DNA from: an uncultured virus (IMG/VR IMGVR_UViG_2788500181_000007)
Lineage: Duplodnaviria > Heunggongvirae > Uroviricota > Caudoviricetes
Reading direction: 5' to 3' (one strand)
Length of the DNA: 64,000 bases
IMG/VR virus record: IMGVR_UViG_2788500181_000007
The translations under genes were made by a program, and so were the position numbers. Each line of letters starts with the position of its first letter. The first letter of the stretch is position 1. This document shows, in pieces, positions 10,501-20,285 of this stretch. Under the pieces are notes generated by a model. The model saw nothing but the letters and a program-made list of their open reading frames with translations. It was not told the origin of the DNA and did no database searches.

Positions 10501-13500
10501 CACATTCCGCTCCTTGAGCTGGGCTCTTACCTCCTTGATCTTGGCCTGGTGCAGGCGTTGGTAATGTACGTTCATACTCGGTGCGCGACGGGCATTGAGG
10601 TATTTACCAAACTCTGCCTGAGTGACTCCGTATTCCCGCATGGCGGCCATGATCGGATCGTAGAATTTGGTATTGAATTGTTCGATCACTTCGTAATGAC
10701 CCTTTCCGTAGTAGGAGTGCCATTTTCTCCACACTTGAAGCTGATCGTAGAGAGGATTGCTCCGATCCAAGCCAATGGTTTCGAGAAATTTGTCATGCAA
10801 ACGTTTTACGGGACGTGCTTGGTCGACAATATTAGTACCCAATTTACCAATAGCTCGTTTGCCGAACAGTTTCTTGATAAATTCGTTTTGACCCTCGTAT
10901 CCAACCTTGCCTGCGAGAACGTCGTCTAAGAATGCAGCTCCGTGGCTTTTCTTGCCGTCAGCAATACGCTTGAGTGCGGCAGACAGATCATTGCTGTCCG
11001 GATGCGGGCCGTGACTGAGCAAGCCTTGGAAATACGATTCGATCTCGGGCATGTCGTATTTACCTACGGGATTGAATCCCTTAACTTCGTCTTCCGTAGG
11101 CTCCGTGTCTACCTTTGAGATCGTTTGTGCTCCACGAACAAGCTTCATCAACATTCTTTGGAATCGATTCACCAAAGAAAGTTGTTGCTCCAGACTCGAC
11201 CCCAGTAGGCCAGTTTCAGCTGGCGGGTCGATAAACAGGTCAAGCAAGCCGTTAAGCAACTCCTTGACTATAGGGTGGTTCTGCTTTGCATCCCTGACGC
11301 GCTGAGCCCATTCTTTGGCGGCTTTGGAAACATCCTTAGCCTCCACTTTAGCGGACAGTTCCGTTGTTGTGAAATCAGCATCCACGAGTAGGTTTTTCCA
11401 NAAGGACGGGCCCATNTCCGGAAAATTGGGGCGTATATCGAGGTATGGTTCNGCGGGGTTTTCCGTGTCGGAATTAACGACTCGATAGAGTAGATCCCAG
11501 AAAGAGGGGTTTGTCGGTCCGGTCGGTCCGGCTCGGTAAACCCCAACGTTTTGGGGTAGGATATGGGCAAGGGTGATCAAATCGCCCTTTTTGGCGCCCC
11601 CGGCCAAACCGTCTCGCATTTTTTCGAGTTTGGGAATCAGACTATAGGAAAGGAAATACGCTTCGGACCAGATGTCTTTCGCGCGNGCGACCGTGTCTTG
11701 AATCATTTTCGCCCGCTTCTCAGCAGGAACGCTAAGCTCAAGCTCCTCATTACGCAGGGCGGCGAGCTCGTCGACGGTCTGCTTTATATTGGAAGTCAAC
11801 TCGTCCATCCGCTTACGGTGGACACGCAAGGCGTCATCCGCACGCTTGACTGGGTTTTTAGTGTGGAAGTGTTCAATCACGCGTTCGATAAGCGGGCTGT
11901 CTCGAAGATTCTTCCCCCCGACTTCCAAGCTAAGTAGCTTATTGGCGGCTTTGGACAGCTTGGCTCGTTGGGTCTTTTCGCGGTTACCCACTTCATTGCG
12001 ATCGCCAAACGTTCCGTGATCGGGGTCGGTCTGATCGACATCCTGACCCATTTCCTCGTCATTAAAATTTTGAGTGACGACTGTACCGTCGTCTGATTTT
12101 CCGTCGTCTTCAAACTGTACTTCCTTGTAAAGCTCGACCCGTCGGGCATCGACCACAGCCTGTAGAATAGGGGCAAGATCGCTAGCCATACCTTCGTTGG
12201 ACAGCTTCTGGGCCTTCATCGGGTTGTCAACGAGTTTACCGTCTACATACACCTGATCGGCAGAGAGGTTGAAATCAATAGCAAACTCGTCTTTAGGGAT
12301 TGTGTTCTTCCCTCTCAACTTGGACTTGTCTAGACCGAGATGATCGTACATTGCTTCTATGAACTCGNGCCAGACNGCAGGAAGCAANTCACCATGGGCG
12401 GGTCCGCCCGGGCGCATATATCTAAAGTCTCCCTTGACCTCCGAAGAAGGAATGTTTCCAAACTTCATGCCGTTTAAGCCCCGCTCGGTAAGCATGCCTG
12501 GGTAGAGCAATACGAACTCGGCCAGGTCGGTAGCGGAGATCATGTAGTCATTACGCGTGGTGTCCGCATGTTTTGACTCGAGTAAAACTTCCCAGGCTTC
12601 CAANGCACGGCTTTGATTCTCGGCAGAGACAGGGTCGCCATTAACGTCCGTCCATCCTTCACCNTCCTTATTCGAATAGATCAGATCCGCCTCGCCAGAC
12701 AAGGGCTCGATGATAGTGACCTGATCCCCGGCTTTGGGTTGGAACTCAGGCTTGAGCTTGCGCGTACCGTCCTTAGTGGTACCCTTCTCATAAAATTCAG
12801 TAATCTGACTGGACTCGGTCTTTGCGAAATCAGTCTTCCCGAAATCGGTTTCCGCATTGGGATCGCGTCTCATATCATCCGTAATGAACTTGCGAATGTC
12901 TACCCCCTGGTCGACCTTTCTACCCTGCCCCGGTTTTTCGTAGGTGTAATCGTCACGGGAAGGAATGTTCACGCCCATAGATTGGGCGGCGGCTCGATTT
13001 AAGGAGATCTTCTCGGATAAAATAGCCCGGCTCTCATTCAGTCGATCATTAATCTCTTGAGATAGCTCGGCATCCCGATCAAAGGTCTGGGCCAATCCAT
13101 CCCTGAGTCGCGCTATCTCGCGAGCCAAGTCCTTGTCTTCATCCATTCGGTATTCTGCCGGACCCTTCTGGACCCTTCTGGCCTTGGTCATGGAATGAGG
13201 ACCACCGGAAATAGTTTCTTCCCACCAATCCAGGATGTCACGCTTTACACGATCCCGTTCCTTGCCCTGGGCCCATGCGGAGAGTGTTTGGTCCCAATTC
13301 ATCCCGACTTTCATTTGTCCCGTCTGAACTTCTTGCTGGGTAGATTCACCGCCCTCACTCTCGTCTCCAAAATCCGTCTTGTTCCGCCCTATATTGGATG
13401 CATTGAGCTTGGCCACGACCTGGCGGATTTCCTTGAATATCGGGCTGGCTTTGGCTTCGTTATATGAGGGGGCGGCACCAGATTCTACGGCACGGGCACT

Positions 13501-16062
13501 TGGGCGTTTACCCAGTTTATCGAGTGCTTCCTTTAGTTTTTCAAAGCGTGCTTCAAGAATCAGGGCTTCCATCGTATCCCTGCGAAACTGCGGATCAGCG
13601 TTTCCGTACCGTTCGCCCGGGCCGTAGGCGTGGTAAGCAAGCAGGGCATGAGCACGATCCAGGGCGGGTTGATCGTCTGATTTTCCACGCCCAAGATTTG
13701 CTATGCGTTCTTCCCACTCATGATGAGGCTTACCCTCGGCATTGGAGCCTAGAATCTTTAGGGCTTCCCAGTTGACACCCAGGACCTCGGCGGCATAGGC
13801 ATTTGCCTCGTGCTCTTTTTGGATCTCGCTCGGATCCATCTTGTCCTTGAGCACTGCCAGATGTCTGTGTAGATGTTTGTGGCCAACCTCATGGTAGAAC
13901 ACGAATTTAACGTATTCCATCGGAGACCCGAGGGCTTTTTCGAACTTCTTCAGGTCGATATTTTTAAAGACTTCCTTCTTTTGTCGGGAGCCCTGCATCT
14001 CGGGATATCCGCCGGTTAGGTACTTGAANCCCTCCATATAATCCTTACGGAGGGCGTTGATGTTTAATCTTATCTTATCCGTCTTTTTATTATACCCGCC
14101 GAGTGATTTATCGCTTTTGAGATTCTCATAGTTATCGGGGTGGAAATGTAGTAGGGGTGTCGATTGCTCGCTCTTAGGTAGCAACTCGGAAACAGGTTTA
14201 GGGTGATGCCCGTGCGGAACCCATGCACCTAATTTTTCCGGGCGGGCGCCGGCGGGCCCGTAATATCTCTTCAAAGACTCCGCGGTGATCGGGATGAGAC
14301 GTGGCTCGAAATTCGTTTTAAGTTGGACTGCTTCGTCCTCTTTCGGGGCGTGCTTCTCGAGCCACTCGTCATAACTCTCCGCATACTCGTCCCATACAAT
14401 CGCCCTGATTTCATCCGCGTACATGCCCTCCACTTCCTCGATAGAGTATTCGTCTTGCTCTGCTAGGAAGTTTTCCATCAGAACCTCTTCGTAGTTTTCC
14501 ATCTCGTAGTCGGGTACAGGGACTTTGTTCCCAGTCCCTTTGAGAAGGTTGGTCTGGGGGTCGTCGACAATATATTTAGTACCGTCGATGTCCACTACAG
14601 CGACCATGTGGAAGATATTGATATGAGGGTAGACGGGGTTGGTGGCTGACAGAAACCGGGCTTCCATTTTGAGGCCTAGCTTTTCTCCTCTCTCTACCAT
14701 CGCACCAGCCGTGGCTAGGCAGATATCTATTAACGACGAGACCCCTCCGGACAGCTTCCCTTCGTCAGTTTCTTCATCCGTAAAGAAACGACCAAGCGCA
14801 TGGGGTTTGGTAAGCTGTCGTACCTTCGGGTTTTCTTCGAGAGATAAGTTAGACCCGAGTTCTTGCAAAGTGCCCTCGGCCTTCGGCGGTTTCGTAGAGT
14901 CGCTTTCCTGCATGCGGACCCATTTATCTTCACCTATTGTCCAGGTAAAACCACCCTTGAAAAAACCATTTTGTAGGTATCTCTGTACTTGCCCGGCCGT
15001 ATATGGGCCATATTGCGTTTTGTCATGATATACATATATCTGACCCTCGGTAGGGCCTTCACCGGAGGGTGTCTCAGGTGCAGGTGGTGTCTCAGGTGCA
15101 GGTGGTGTCTCAGGTGCAGGTGGTGTCGACCCTTGACCATCGTCTTTTGACCCATAACCTTCGTCCCGTAAAGTTTGTATACGTTCGACGACCAAAGCAG
15201 CATACGAAGCTCCTTGGTCAGCGGTTATGGATCCTCTCCGTTCACGCCCNGNAACCTCGACCTTTTTACCCTTAGTACCCTTAGNNTTTTGNCTGGCTAN
15301 NCGTCCCATCGGTTTCGTACCGACGGATTTCACGTCAGCAGTATGGGTCGACGCTCGTGCGGCCAGCAAGGCGGCCTTTACCTCCTCGACGGTAGGTTTC
15401 TTCCCCTTCCCACTGTGGTAATATCTCTCACTCGCTTGTGCGGGATCGAAGTAGTCGTAAAGCTCCCAAAGGGCTTGTTGGGGATCGCTTATTTCCTTGT
15501 CCTTGGTAATGAACCGACCCGATTTCGGAAGGCCGGTCTGGTACATGTATACAAAGTCTTTGTTCGGGCCCTGTACGACGCCGGACATGTTCTTGCCTTC
15601 CGCCATCATCCCCAAAGTTACGCGTCCTCGATATTCTCCAAAGTGTTTTTTCTCGGCGTCAGTAAGTGGGACAAAGCCCCCTTTGGCACCCCGTTTTCTC
15701 CTACGGATTTGCCATTCTATACCCATCGGGTGTACAAAATCCGCCCATTGAAAGCGCGCATCCTCGGGATGCTGAGCATCGAGCATTTCCTCAACAAATG
15801 CGATTTGTTTCTTTAGACCGGCTACCGCTTCTACTTTGGGTTTGCCCTTGTAGGATTCTTTACCCTTAAACTGAGGGTCTTCCGCTTCGAGGGCCTCAAC
15901 ATCTGTAAGCTCGGATCGAAGCTCGTCAAGTCGCGCATTTAATTTGTCGGACTCTTTATCATAGCTGTCAAGAGCCTTATTTATTGCGCTTGCAGCTTCA
16001 GNAGGACTCATACTGCCNGGCTCGGCATTGATATACAGCNTCNGCNNTNNCNTNTANCCCAC
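7558..16062 (-). CDS. Giant polyvalent/internal virion protein, C-terminal part (GYF_2-like, papain/transglutaminase-like, HExxH peptidase, LPD38-like C-terminus)
   Basis: 2834-aa frame beginning in an N-rich stretch; motifs YGPY..W...W, C..H..D, HEVGH..EHEANAYA, YLIIP..YFRLPLPLGYNAF. Confidence 0.75.
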   Translation of the reverse strand: MXXXXXXXLYINAEXGSMSPXEAASAINKALDSYDKESDKLNARLDELRSELTDVEALEAEDPQFKGKESYKGKPKVEAVAGLKKQIAFVEEMLDAQHPEDARFQWADFVHPMGIEWQIRRRKRGAKGGFVPLTDAEKKHFGEYRGRVTLGMMAEGKNMSGVVQGPNKDFVYMYQTGLPKSGRFITKDKEISDPQQALWELYDYFDPAQASERYYHSGKGKKPTVEEVKAALLAARASTHTADVKSVGTKPMGXXAXQXXKGTKGKKVEVXGRERRGSITADQGASYAALVVERIQTLRDEGYGSKDDGQGSTPPAPETPPAPETPPAPETPSGEGPTEGQIYVYHDKTQYGPYTAGQVQRYLQNGFFKGGFTWTIGEDKWVRMQESDSTKPPKAEGTLQELGSNLSLEENPKVRQLTKPHALGRFFTDEETDEGKLSGGVSSLIDICLATAGAMVERGEKLGLKMEARFLSATNPVYPHINIFHMVAVVDIDGTKYIVDDPQTNLLKGTGNKVPVPDYEMENYEEVLMENFLAEQDEYSIEEVEGMYADEIRAIVWDEYAESYDEWLEKHAPKEDEAVQLKTNFEPRLIPITAESLKRYYGPAGARPEKLGAWVPHGHHPKPVSELLPKSEQSTPLLHFHPDNYENLKSDKSLGGYNKKTDKIRLNINALRKDYMEXFKYLTGGYPEMQGSRQKKEVFKNIDLKKFEKALGSPMEYVKFVFYHEVGHKHLHRHLAVLKDKMDPSEIQKEHEANAYAAEVLGVNWEALKILGSNAEGKPHHEWEERIANLGRGKSDDQPALDRAHALLAYHAYGPGERYGNADPQFRRDTMEALILEARFEKLKEALDKLGKRPSARAVESGAAPSYNEAKASPIFKEIRQVVAKLNASNIGRNKTDFGDESEGGESTQQEVQTGQMKVGMNWDQTLSAWAQGKERDRVKRDILDWWEETISGGPHSMTKARRVQKGPAEYRMDEDKDLAREIARLRDGLAQTFDRDAELSQEINDRLNESRAILSEKISLNRAAAQSMGVNIPSRDDYTYEKPGQGRKVDQGVDIRKFITDDMRRDPNAETDFGKTDFAKTESSQITEFYEKGTTKDGTRKLKPEFQPKAGDQVTIIEPLSGEADLIYSNKXGEGWTDVNGDPVSAENQSRXLEAWEVLLESKHADTTRNDYMISATDLAEFVLLYPGMLTERGLNGMKFGNIPSSEVKGDFRYMRPGGPAHGXLLPXVWXEFIEAMYDHLGLDKSKLRGKNTIPKDEFAIDFNLSADQVYVDGKLVDNPMKAQKLSNEGMASDLAPILQAVVDARRVELYKEVQFEDDGKSDDGTVVTQNFNDEEMGQDVDQTDPDHGTFGDRNEVGNREKTQRAKLSKAANKLLSLEVGGKNLRDSPLIERVIEHFHTKNPVKRADDALRVHRKRMDELTSNIKQTVDELAALRNEELELSVPAEKRAKMIQDTVXRAKDIWSEAYFLSYSLIPKLEKMRDGLAGGAKKGDLITLAHILPQNVGVYRAGPTGPTNPSFWDLLYRVVNSDTENPXEPYLDIRPNFPXMGPSXWKNLLVDADFTTTELSAKVEAKDVSKAAKEWAQRVRDAKQNHPIVKELLNGLLDLFIDPPAETGLLGSSLEQQLSLVNRFQRMLMKLVRGAQTISKVDTEPTEDEVKGFNPVGKYDMPEIESYFQGLLSHGPHPDSNDLSAALKRIADGKKSHGAAFLDDVLAGKVGYEGQNEFIKKLFGKRAIGKLGTNIVDQARPVKRLHDKFLETIGLDRSNPLYDQLQVWRKWHSYYGKGHYEVIEQFNTKFYDPIMAAMREYGVTQAEFGKYLNARRAPSMNVHYQRLHQAKIKEVRAQLKERNVKEEDIQKTIAELEATEIPFSGIRTPDAIAIVKRMETDPGLKHFQDFLKSSHKPLHLIYEMNKDSIENLDRSGMIRTDPEIAEKERMFAAASYHDWRSGKTGEYQSIVKLPDNKYSYVPMQGFEGETQALYDRDEAFSVLGKKGATAGKGFNQPKMQQVMDPALTGRTEKSYAPNPEQVLATAFEQWQTTVIRSYKNEVSQSFGKLYQFMRAIAYAGKKMGEGSDMTYGELFASEEDAQSVKTYQDIMKNPDVVAAVKEDFDNVFEVEFESTKDVRSYDFEDVQAVDENGEAINNLKFTQKSLNQLYKDNPYVFVFRKEGVPVFIKMKEHSKGSEGEWIARAMGNQAYQALPEIANVVNSGTKFLARVYTSANPAFIIPNFIRDFATAAIHLTTDDKKDLAKGALSASNISGLWAGIRTNESLVEQGKDPLKGKDLDLSMDTAKALLADFKSGNSAKRKEAAVAMFSFFKQSGAKVGYFRHKTIHQEMRAINKELNKAKRGDVKKGLVASGKAFVRVVDTFNTAFENSMRMSAYWSALEQGRTIEEATHIARNVTVDFNQKGNWTNALGSVYVFFGAAVNSTERMFRAFAERTPEQRWQLVGGIVAASILSSIMNRLMDDPDDDEDKYDYDTISPFVRDTYLIIPMPDGFPWNDKSPGTRDTGYFRLPLPLGYNAFWSIGQIIGDNIFKYGLQGGDRVDNSMSRDLSRLTTSISNAVNPLGADDPLTMIFPTVTKPLAQLYANKNFMGNPIRYEKSQWEADKPAHKYDPPYTARHWTDLSRGLNHMFGGDDAEKGSLSGIFGGNPAMTAEDAAWRFDMSGSQFQHLWTSYLGGPGTMIDQLVGLGYNAMGIGDPEPMKFEDIPVVSRFIRSSTHGSSVRRDFHSVRDSLETAKVAMKNAEAAGPVAKGEAIKTYREIMSMEEMIKEVSKQKNKFSRLKKRIESHPSMDQWEKIQRVDEIQRKELKLMVRVNKKARALGYQF
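15065..15127. repeat. 18-bp tandem repeat (x3) encoding a PPAPET linker
   Basis: ggtgtctcaggtgcaggt repeated three times. Confidence 0.85.
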
Positions 16063-19000
16063 CCCTCGAAAGATTGATGAGCNTTTCGTAATCCATTATA
16101 ACGGCAGCCACGGCAATCGGATCAGGGTCAGTATTGCCCTCCTTCGCGAGCTGAGCCATTGCTTCGTCGTATGCCTTTTCAAAGCGGGCGGTATCGGTAA
16201 CCTTGGATTTTATATCCCGTATCCGCTTGGCTACGTCTTTGATGTCGTCAAACTCTTGAAGTGTTTTAGGGGAGGCTGCTCGCTCAGCACTAGAGGCTTC
16301 TCGCAATTTTGCACTCGCTCCTCCCTCCCCCCAACCGGGGCGACCCTCGCCTGCCCTCGGTTGAGCTTCTCCCGCTTGACCGAGATCGAAGTCCGTTTTT
16401 CGGCGGGCAACGGGTTGGCCGGCGGCCTCCGCTTCTTCTAATGCATCTTCGACTAACTTCTGCTTCTCTTTCTCGGTGTAGGATCCGATCGTGGGCTCCT
16501 CCTGGAAAGTGGTCTCGTCAATTTCGCCCTGTCTGAACTGCTCGGCTAGGCGTGCGCGTATGCCCTTCTCAAGCTCTTTGTTAAACCCAAACCATTCGTC
16601 AAAGAGCTGGGCTAAGCGTAAGGCGCGCTCTCCGGCCGCCTTGATGTTAGCCGGTATGGTAGGACGGAATGGGTTTTTAGGATCGAGTTGCTCCTCATCA
16701 TCGACCTTGGTCTTGGCTCCTGAAGCGGCTTCGGGCAGGACAAACTGTTCGCCCTCCCCTTTCTTGAGCCGTCCAGCTTCATCAAAGTCCGTAGCACCCT
16801 CTTCGTCAGTATAGGGGTCATAGGTGTCAAACTGGGAACTATCCCCCTCAGGGGCAGGAGATCCGGGAGCACCTGGAGGAGCTTGCGGAGTCGGGCCTCC
16901 CGCAGGAGCAGGAGCATCGGGGTCGGGATCGGGCCCCTCTATCCGTAGAGGTGGTGTTCGGTTCTCGAGTTGCAAAGTAGGTCCGGCAGGTCCGGCAGGT
17001 CCGGCGGCCTCTTCCTGGGCTTGTTGCATGATCGCGTCGATCATGACATTTAAACCCTCTTGCTCGCTCAATCCATCAAGGATAGAAACATTCGGTCCGG
17101 CACGTAGGCCGGGTTGACTAAAATCTACTTTTCTACCCCCGGAAACGCCTGTAAGCGGTACGCCTTGCGGNCTGTATCCCATCCATTGCAAAATTAGAAG
17201 AGGGATACGGCTATTCTTTTCGCCGCTGTCCATCTCGACACTGCTCGTCCATTTCTCAAGGTAGGGTTGAATGTGTGCCTTAAGGAAAGTCTTGAGCGAA
17301 TTGCTAACCATGGAGTCGGCACCGCGACCGGACAATACGCCCGCCCATTGGTAGGCAAACCATTCTTCAGCACGGATCTGAGGATTGGTCTGGTGGAAGG
17401 CTTCGGTAATTACCGCTTGCTCTTCGGTACTGAGATTATCAAAGGTTACGCCGGGCTTGGATTCACGAAGCTGGTACAGTGTAAAGGCCTCGAGCTTGGA
17501 GTCCATAGACACGTCGTTTTCGTACATGTTGTAGAAAGCCTTGGCGTCAGGGAACATCAATACGCGAGCAAGGTGGCCGGATTCGTGAGTGAACACCTCC
17601 ATGGCACTCTTCTGAGTGAACATCTCGCGGTTCANATACATTACCGGGTTACCTTCCGCATCGTATTCGAAAGAGCCGGCATGTTGAGTACCGCCACTTT
17701 GGGGAGTACGGCTCGAGACAACGATTCGTAAATTGCTCATCGCTTCAGGATTAGACGACCACAAACGGGCGATCATATCCTGAATCTGCATGGCTTGCGG
17801 AGTATCCATGCTTGATGTGCCGGCTTCTCCGAGATCAACGCCTGAGATATTCAGGACCTTACTCGTCATGGAGTCGGCATTATTAAAGGTAAAGTACCCT
17901 TCAGACCAGCCCCCACGGGAGATTGTACCACGAGTACCTTCTGGGGTACTCCTTACGTTAGAGTATTCAATAGGAGCGGCGGCAAAGGAGACTCGATCAG
18001 GGTGAGATGCGCGATACTCCATGATCGCACCAATAGCTCCAGTCGGAGGACCTGCGAGTCCTTCGGCGGCGACGTCGTGCCAGTTGTAGGCTTCACCAGG
18101 CTCCTTGGTAAGTGCTTGAGCGGAGATCTCACCCATCATTCCAAAACCGCCGTCAGATGCCAATTCGGCAGCGGGGGCTTTGACCCGTTGCCATTTACTG
18201 AATCGGGGGACGGAGTTTTGGGAGGCTGCCCAGGCTTCGGCGTCGAGTAGCTTATTACCACCACGAGCAAACTTGCCGACATGGTGGGTAGCGGCTAAGA
18301 CGCGTCCGGCCAATCCGGCGGAGACACCATCCCATAAACCAATCATGGCACCCTCGATACCTGACTTCTCGATAATTTGCGAACGGAGCTGTTCGTTCTG
18401 CCAAATAGCCGCGAACACTTTGGGATCCTTGTAGTTTACACTAACCTTCTTAAGCTCCTCGAAAAACTTACCCATAGAGGCCAAGGCCATGGATCCTACG
18501 GCCGCACCGGCAATCATGCCGAAACGTCCGCCCTTCATTCCACCGGGGCTACCCGCAAGTTTATATAGGCCTCCGGCAGGTAGGCCTGCTGCTAGGCCAG
18601 CGGGGAGGTAGGACACTAAGGAATTTACAATGATCTCGGACAACGCACCCTTATGGCCCCAAAGCATACGACCCGCGGCTTCGACAAGGTTGTCATCGGG
18701 GTATTTGGCTACCATTTCCGAATAGTCCTTCATCGCCTTACTTTGCGGAATAGCTTCGATCTGCTCCTGCAAATCCATCAATTCCGTAAACTGGTCCATG
18801 CCCAAGGTATCGGACAATACGTTTTTGGCGTACCAAGCCTGCTTTAGTTGAAGGATACCCTTCTCAGCGGCTCCGGAATAATCAACAAACTCCTTGGAGG
18901 ATTGGGCTTGCTCGAAAATCTCATGTTGCAAGCCACGACTGTTGGCAAGTCGGAGGGCTTGATGGTAGGAATGCTCGGCCTTCTTGAACTTTTCTTTAAG

Positions 19001-20269
19001 CGCGGAATCGCGAGCACCGGATGCAATGTATGCAATTTCAGCATCCATCTTAAGATTCTCACGCTCGTACACGGCGTTCATGACACGGGCCAAAACAAGC
19101 TCTTCACGACCACCAAGCTCGTCCATCATTTCCTGGATGGGCTTGCCTTTATATTCAGTCATGCCCGCTTTGACCATCTTGTCCAGGTCGAGCAGATCGC
19201 CGTGAGCGGATGATAGTTTATTAGGGGTATGCCCGTCGGAGGTGTTGTTTGGGAAACTAAAGTGAAATCCTGATTCGCGTATCTTACGGTACTTGTCGGT
19301 ATGGGCCCTTTTATTGAGCAACTTGTCGACCTCACCACGCATAGCGTGATCCATACGCTTGTTCTGCTTGGCTTGCGCTTGGTCTGTAATTGCTCCGCCT
19401 AATACGCCCTTGCCACGAGGGATCTTGGTTCGTGGATCGATCTTATCAGGATTGAGTAGAGAGCCGTTCCAATACTGAGGCTCTTCAAAATGCAAACTTT
19501 CGAGAAGCTCGTCGGTCGCTTTCTTGCTCTTAAGAGCAGGAGGTTTCTTTTTGCGATCCTTAACATCCTGATCCAATTCCCTGCGGAGTTCGGGATCAAG
19601 TTGGGTAAGTTGCATGAGCATGTCATGGCTGGTCAGATCAAGCTCGTCGGCCAATGACCTTCGACTGTCCTTTTCGGCCTTTAACTTCTCAAACTGCGAA
19701 CGAAGACCGTTATTGCCTGCATAGTCGGCAAACCCCAAAAGACGCTCGCTCGCAAGAGATGCGACTTCAGCGTCATCCGATTGAGACATCTTGGTCAGTC
19801 TCTTGTGCTCGTCGTCAAGTAGGCGGATGTAATCGTCGTCCGATACGCGATCCTCAAGAATGTCATGCGTACTGTAAAATGGATCGAGCTTGTCCTTTAC
19901 GAAAGAGTCATAGCGATCTTCCCATATGCGGGCATCAGCTCCACGGATTTGACTCTCGGAGTCAATATCCTTCTGCATGGTCGTGAACGAGTCATACTCA
20001 TCCAGAAAGTCCATGGGGGAAGGTTGACGATCCGCGGGCATAGGAGATTCCATAGCCTGCTCATACGGATCAGGTGCGGAGCCTCCGCCCATATCTCCAA
20101 ATAATGCAGAGCTAGGCGTGCTCGCTTGTGGAGCAGGCTGAGTCGGATCCGCAAGCGGATAGAATTGTCCCTGAGCAGGTTTTCTCAGGAACTTTTCGAC
20201 GCCGTCTTCTTGCTCATCTACGAGATAGTCGTCAGCGCCGAGGTCAACTTTATCGTCCCACCAAGGCAT
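15998..20269 (-). CDS. Giant polyvalent/internal virion protein, N-terminal part (HExxH metallopeptidase-like domain)
   Basis: 1423-aa frame ending in the same N-rich stretch; FTHESGH...RAEEWFA motif; probably continuous with 7558-16062. Confidence 0.7.
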   Translation of the reverse strand: MPWWDDKVDLGADDYLVDEQEDGVEKFLRKPAQGQFYPLADPTQPAPQASTPSSALFGDMGGGSAPDPYEQAMESPMPADRQPSPMDFLDEYDSFTTMQKDIDSESQIRGADARIWEDRYDSFVKDKLDPFYSTHDILEDRVSDDDYIRLLDDEHKRLTKMSQSDDAEVASLASERLLGFADYAGNNGLRSQFEKLKAEKDSRRSLADELDLTSHDMLMQLTQLDPELRRELDQDVKDRKKKPPALKSKKATDELLESLHFEEPQYWNGSLLNPDKIDPRTKIPRGKGVLGGAITDQAQAKQNKRMDHAMRGEVDKLLNKRAHTDKYRKIRESGFHFSFPNNTSDGHTPNKLSSAHGDLLDLDKMVKAGMTEYKGKPIQEMMDELGGREELVLARVMNAVYERENLKMDAEIAYIASGARDSALKEKFKKAEHSYHQALRLANSRGLQHEIFEQAQSSKEFVDYSGAAEKGILQLKQAWYAKNVLSDTLGMDQFTELMDLQEQIEAIPQSKAMKDYSEMVAKYPDDNLVEAAGRMLWGHKGALSEIIVNSLVSYLPAGLAAGLPAGGLYKLAGSPGGMKGGRFGMIAGAAVGSMALASMGKFFEELKKVSVNYKDPKVFAAIWQNEQLRSQIIEKSGIEGAMIGLWDGVSAGLAGRVLAATHHVGKFARGGNKLLDAEAWAASQNSVPRFSKWQRVKAPAAELASDGGFGMMGEISAQALTKEPGEAYNWHDVAAEGLAGPPTGAIGAIMEYRASHPDRVSFAAAPIEYSNVRSTPEGTRGTISRGGWSEGYFTFNNADSMTSKVLNISGVDLGEAGTSSMDTPQAMQIQDMIARLWSSNPEAMSNLRIVVSSRTPQSGGTQHAGSFEYDAEGNPVMYXNREMFTQKSAMEVFTHESGHLARVLMFPDAKAFYNMYENDVSMDSKLEAFTLYQLRESKPGVTFDNLSTEEQAVITEAFHQTNPQIRAEEWFAYQWAGVLSGRGADSMVSNSLKTFLKAHIQPYLEKWTSSVEMDSGEKNSRIPLLILQWMGYXPQGVPLTGVSGGRKVDFSQPGLRAGPNVSILDGLSEQEGLNVMIDAIMQQAQEEAAGPAGPAGPTLQLENRTPPLRIEGPDPDPDAPAPAGGPTPQAPPGAPGSPAPEGDSSQFDTYDPYTDEEGATDFDEAGRLKKGEGEQFVLPEAASGAKTKVDDEEQLDPKNPFRPTIPANIKAAGERALRLAQLFDEWFGFNKELEKGIRARLAEQFRQGEIDETTFQEEPTIGSYTEKEKQKLVEDALEEAEAAGQPVARRKTDFDLGQAGEAQPRAGEGRPGWGEGGASAKLREASSAERAASPKTLQEFDDIKDVAKRIRDIKSKVTDTARFEKAYDEAMAQLAKEGNTDPDPIAVAAVIMDYEXLINLSRGGXXXXXXAVYQCRAXQYESX

Positions 20270-20285
20270 ATCGGTCTATCTGTAG

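Noticed and set aside
15998..16085. Programmed frameshift or stop-codon recoding in the giant gene
   Set aside because: The break coincides with dense Ns; other genes read normally in code 11
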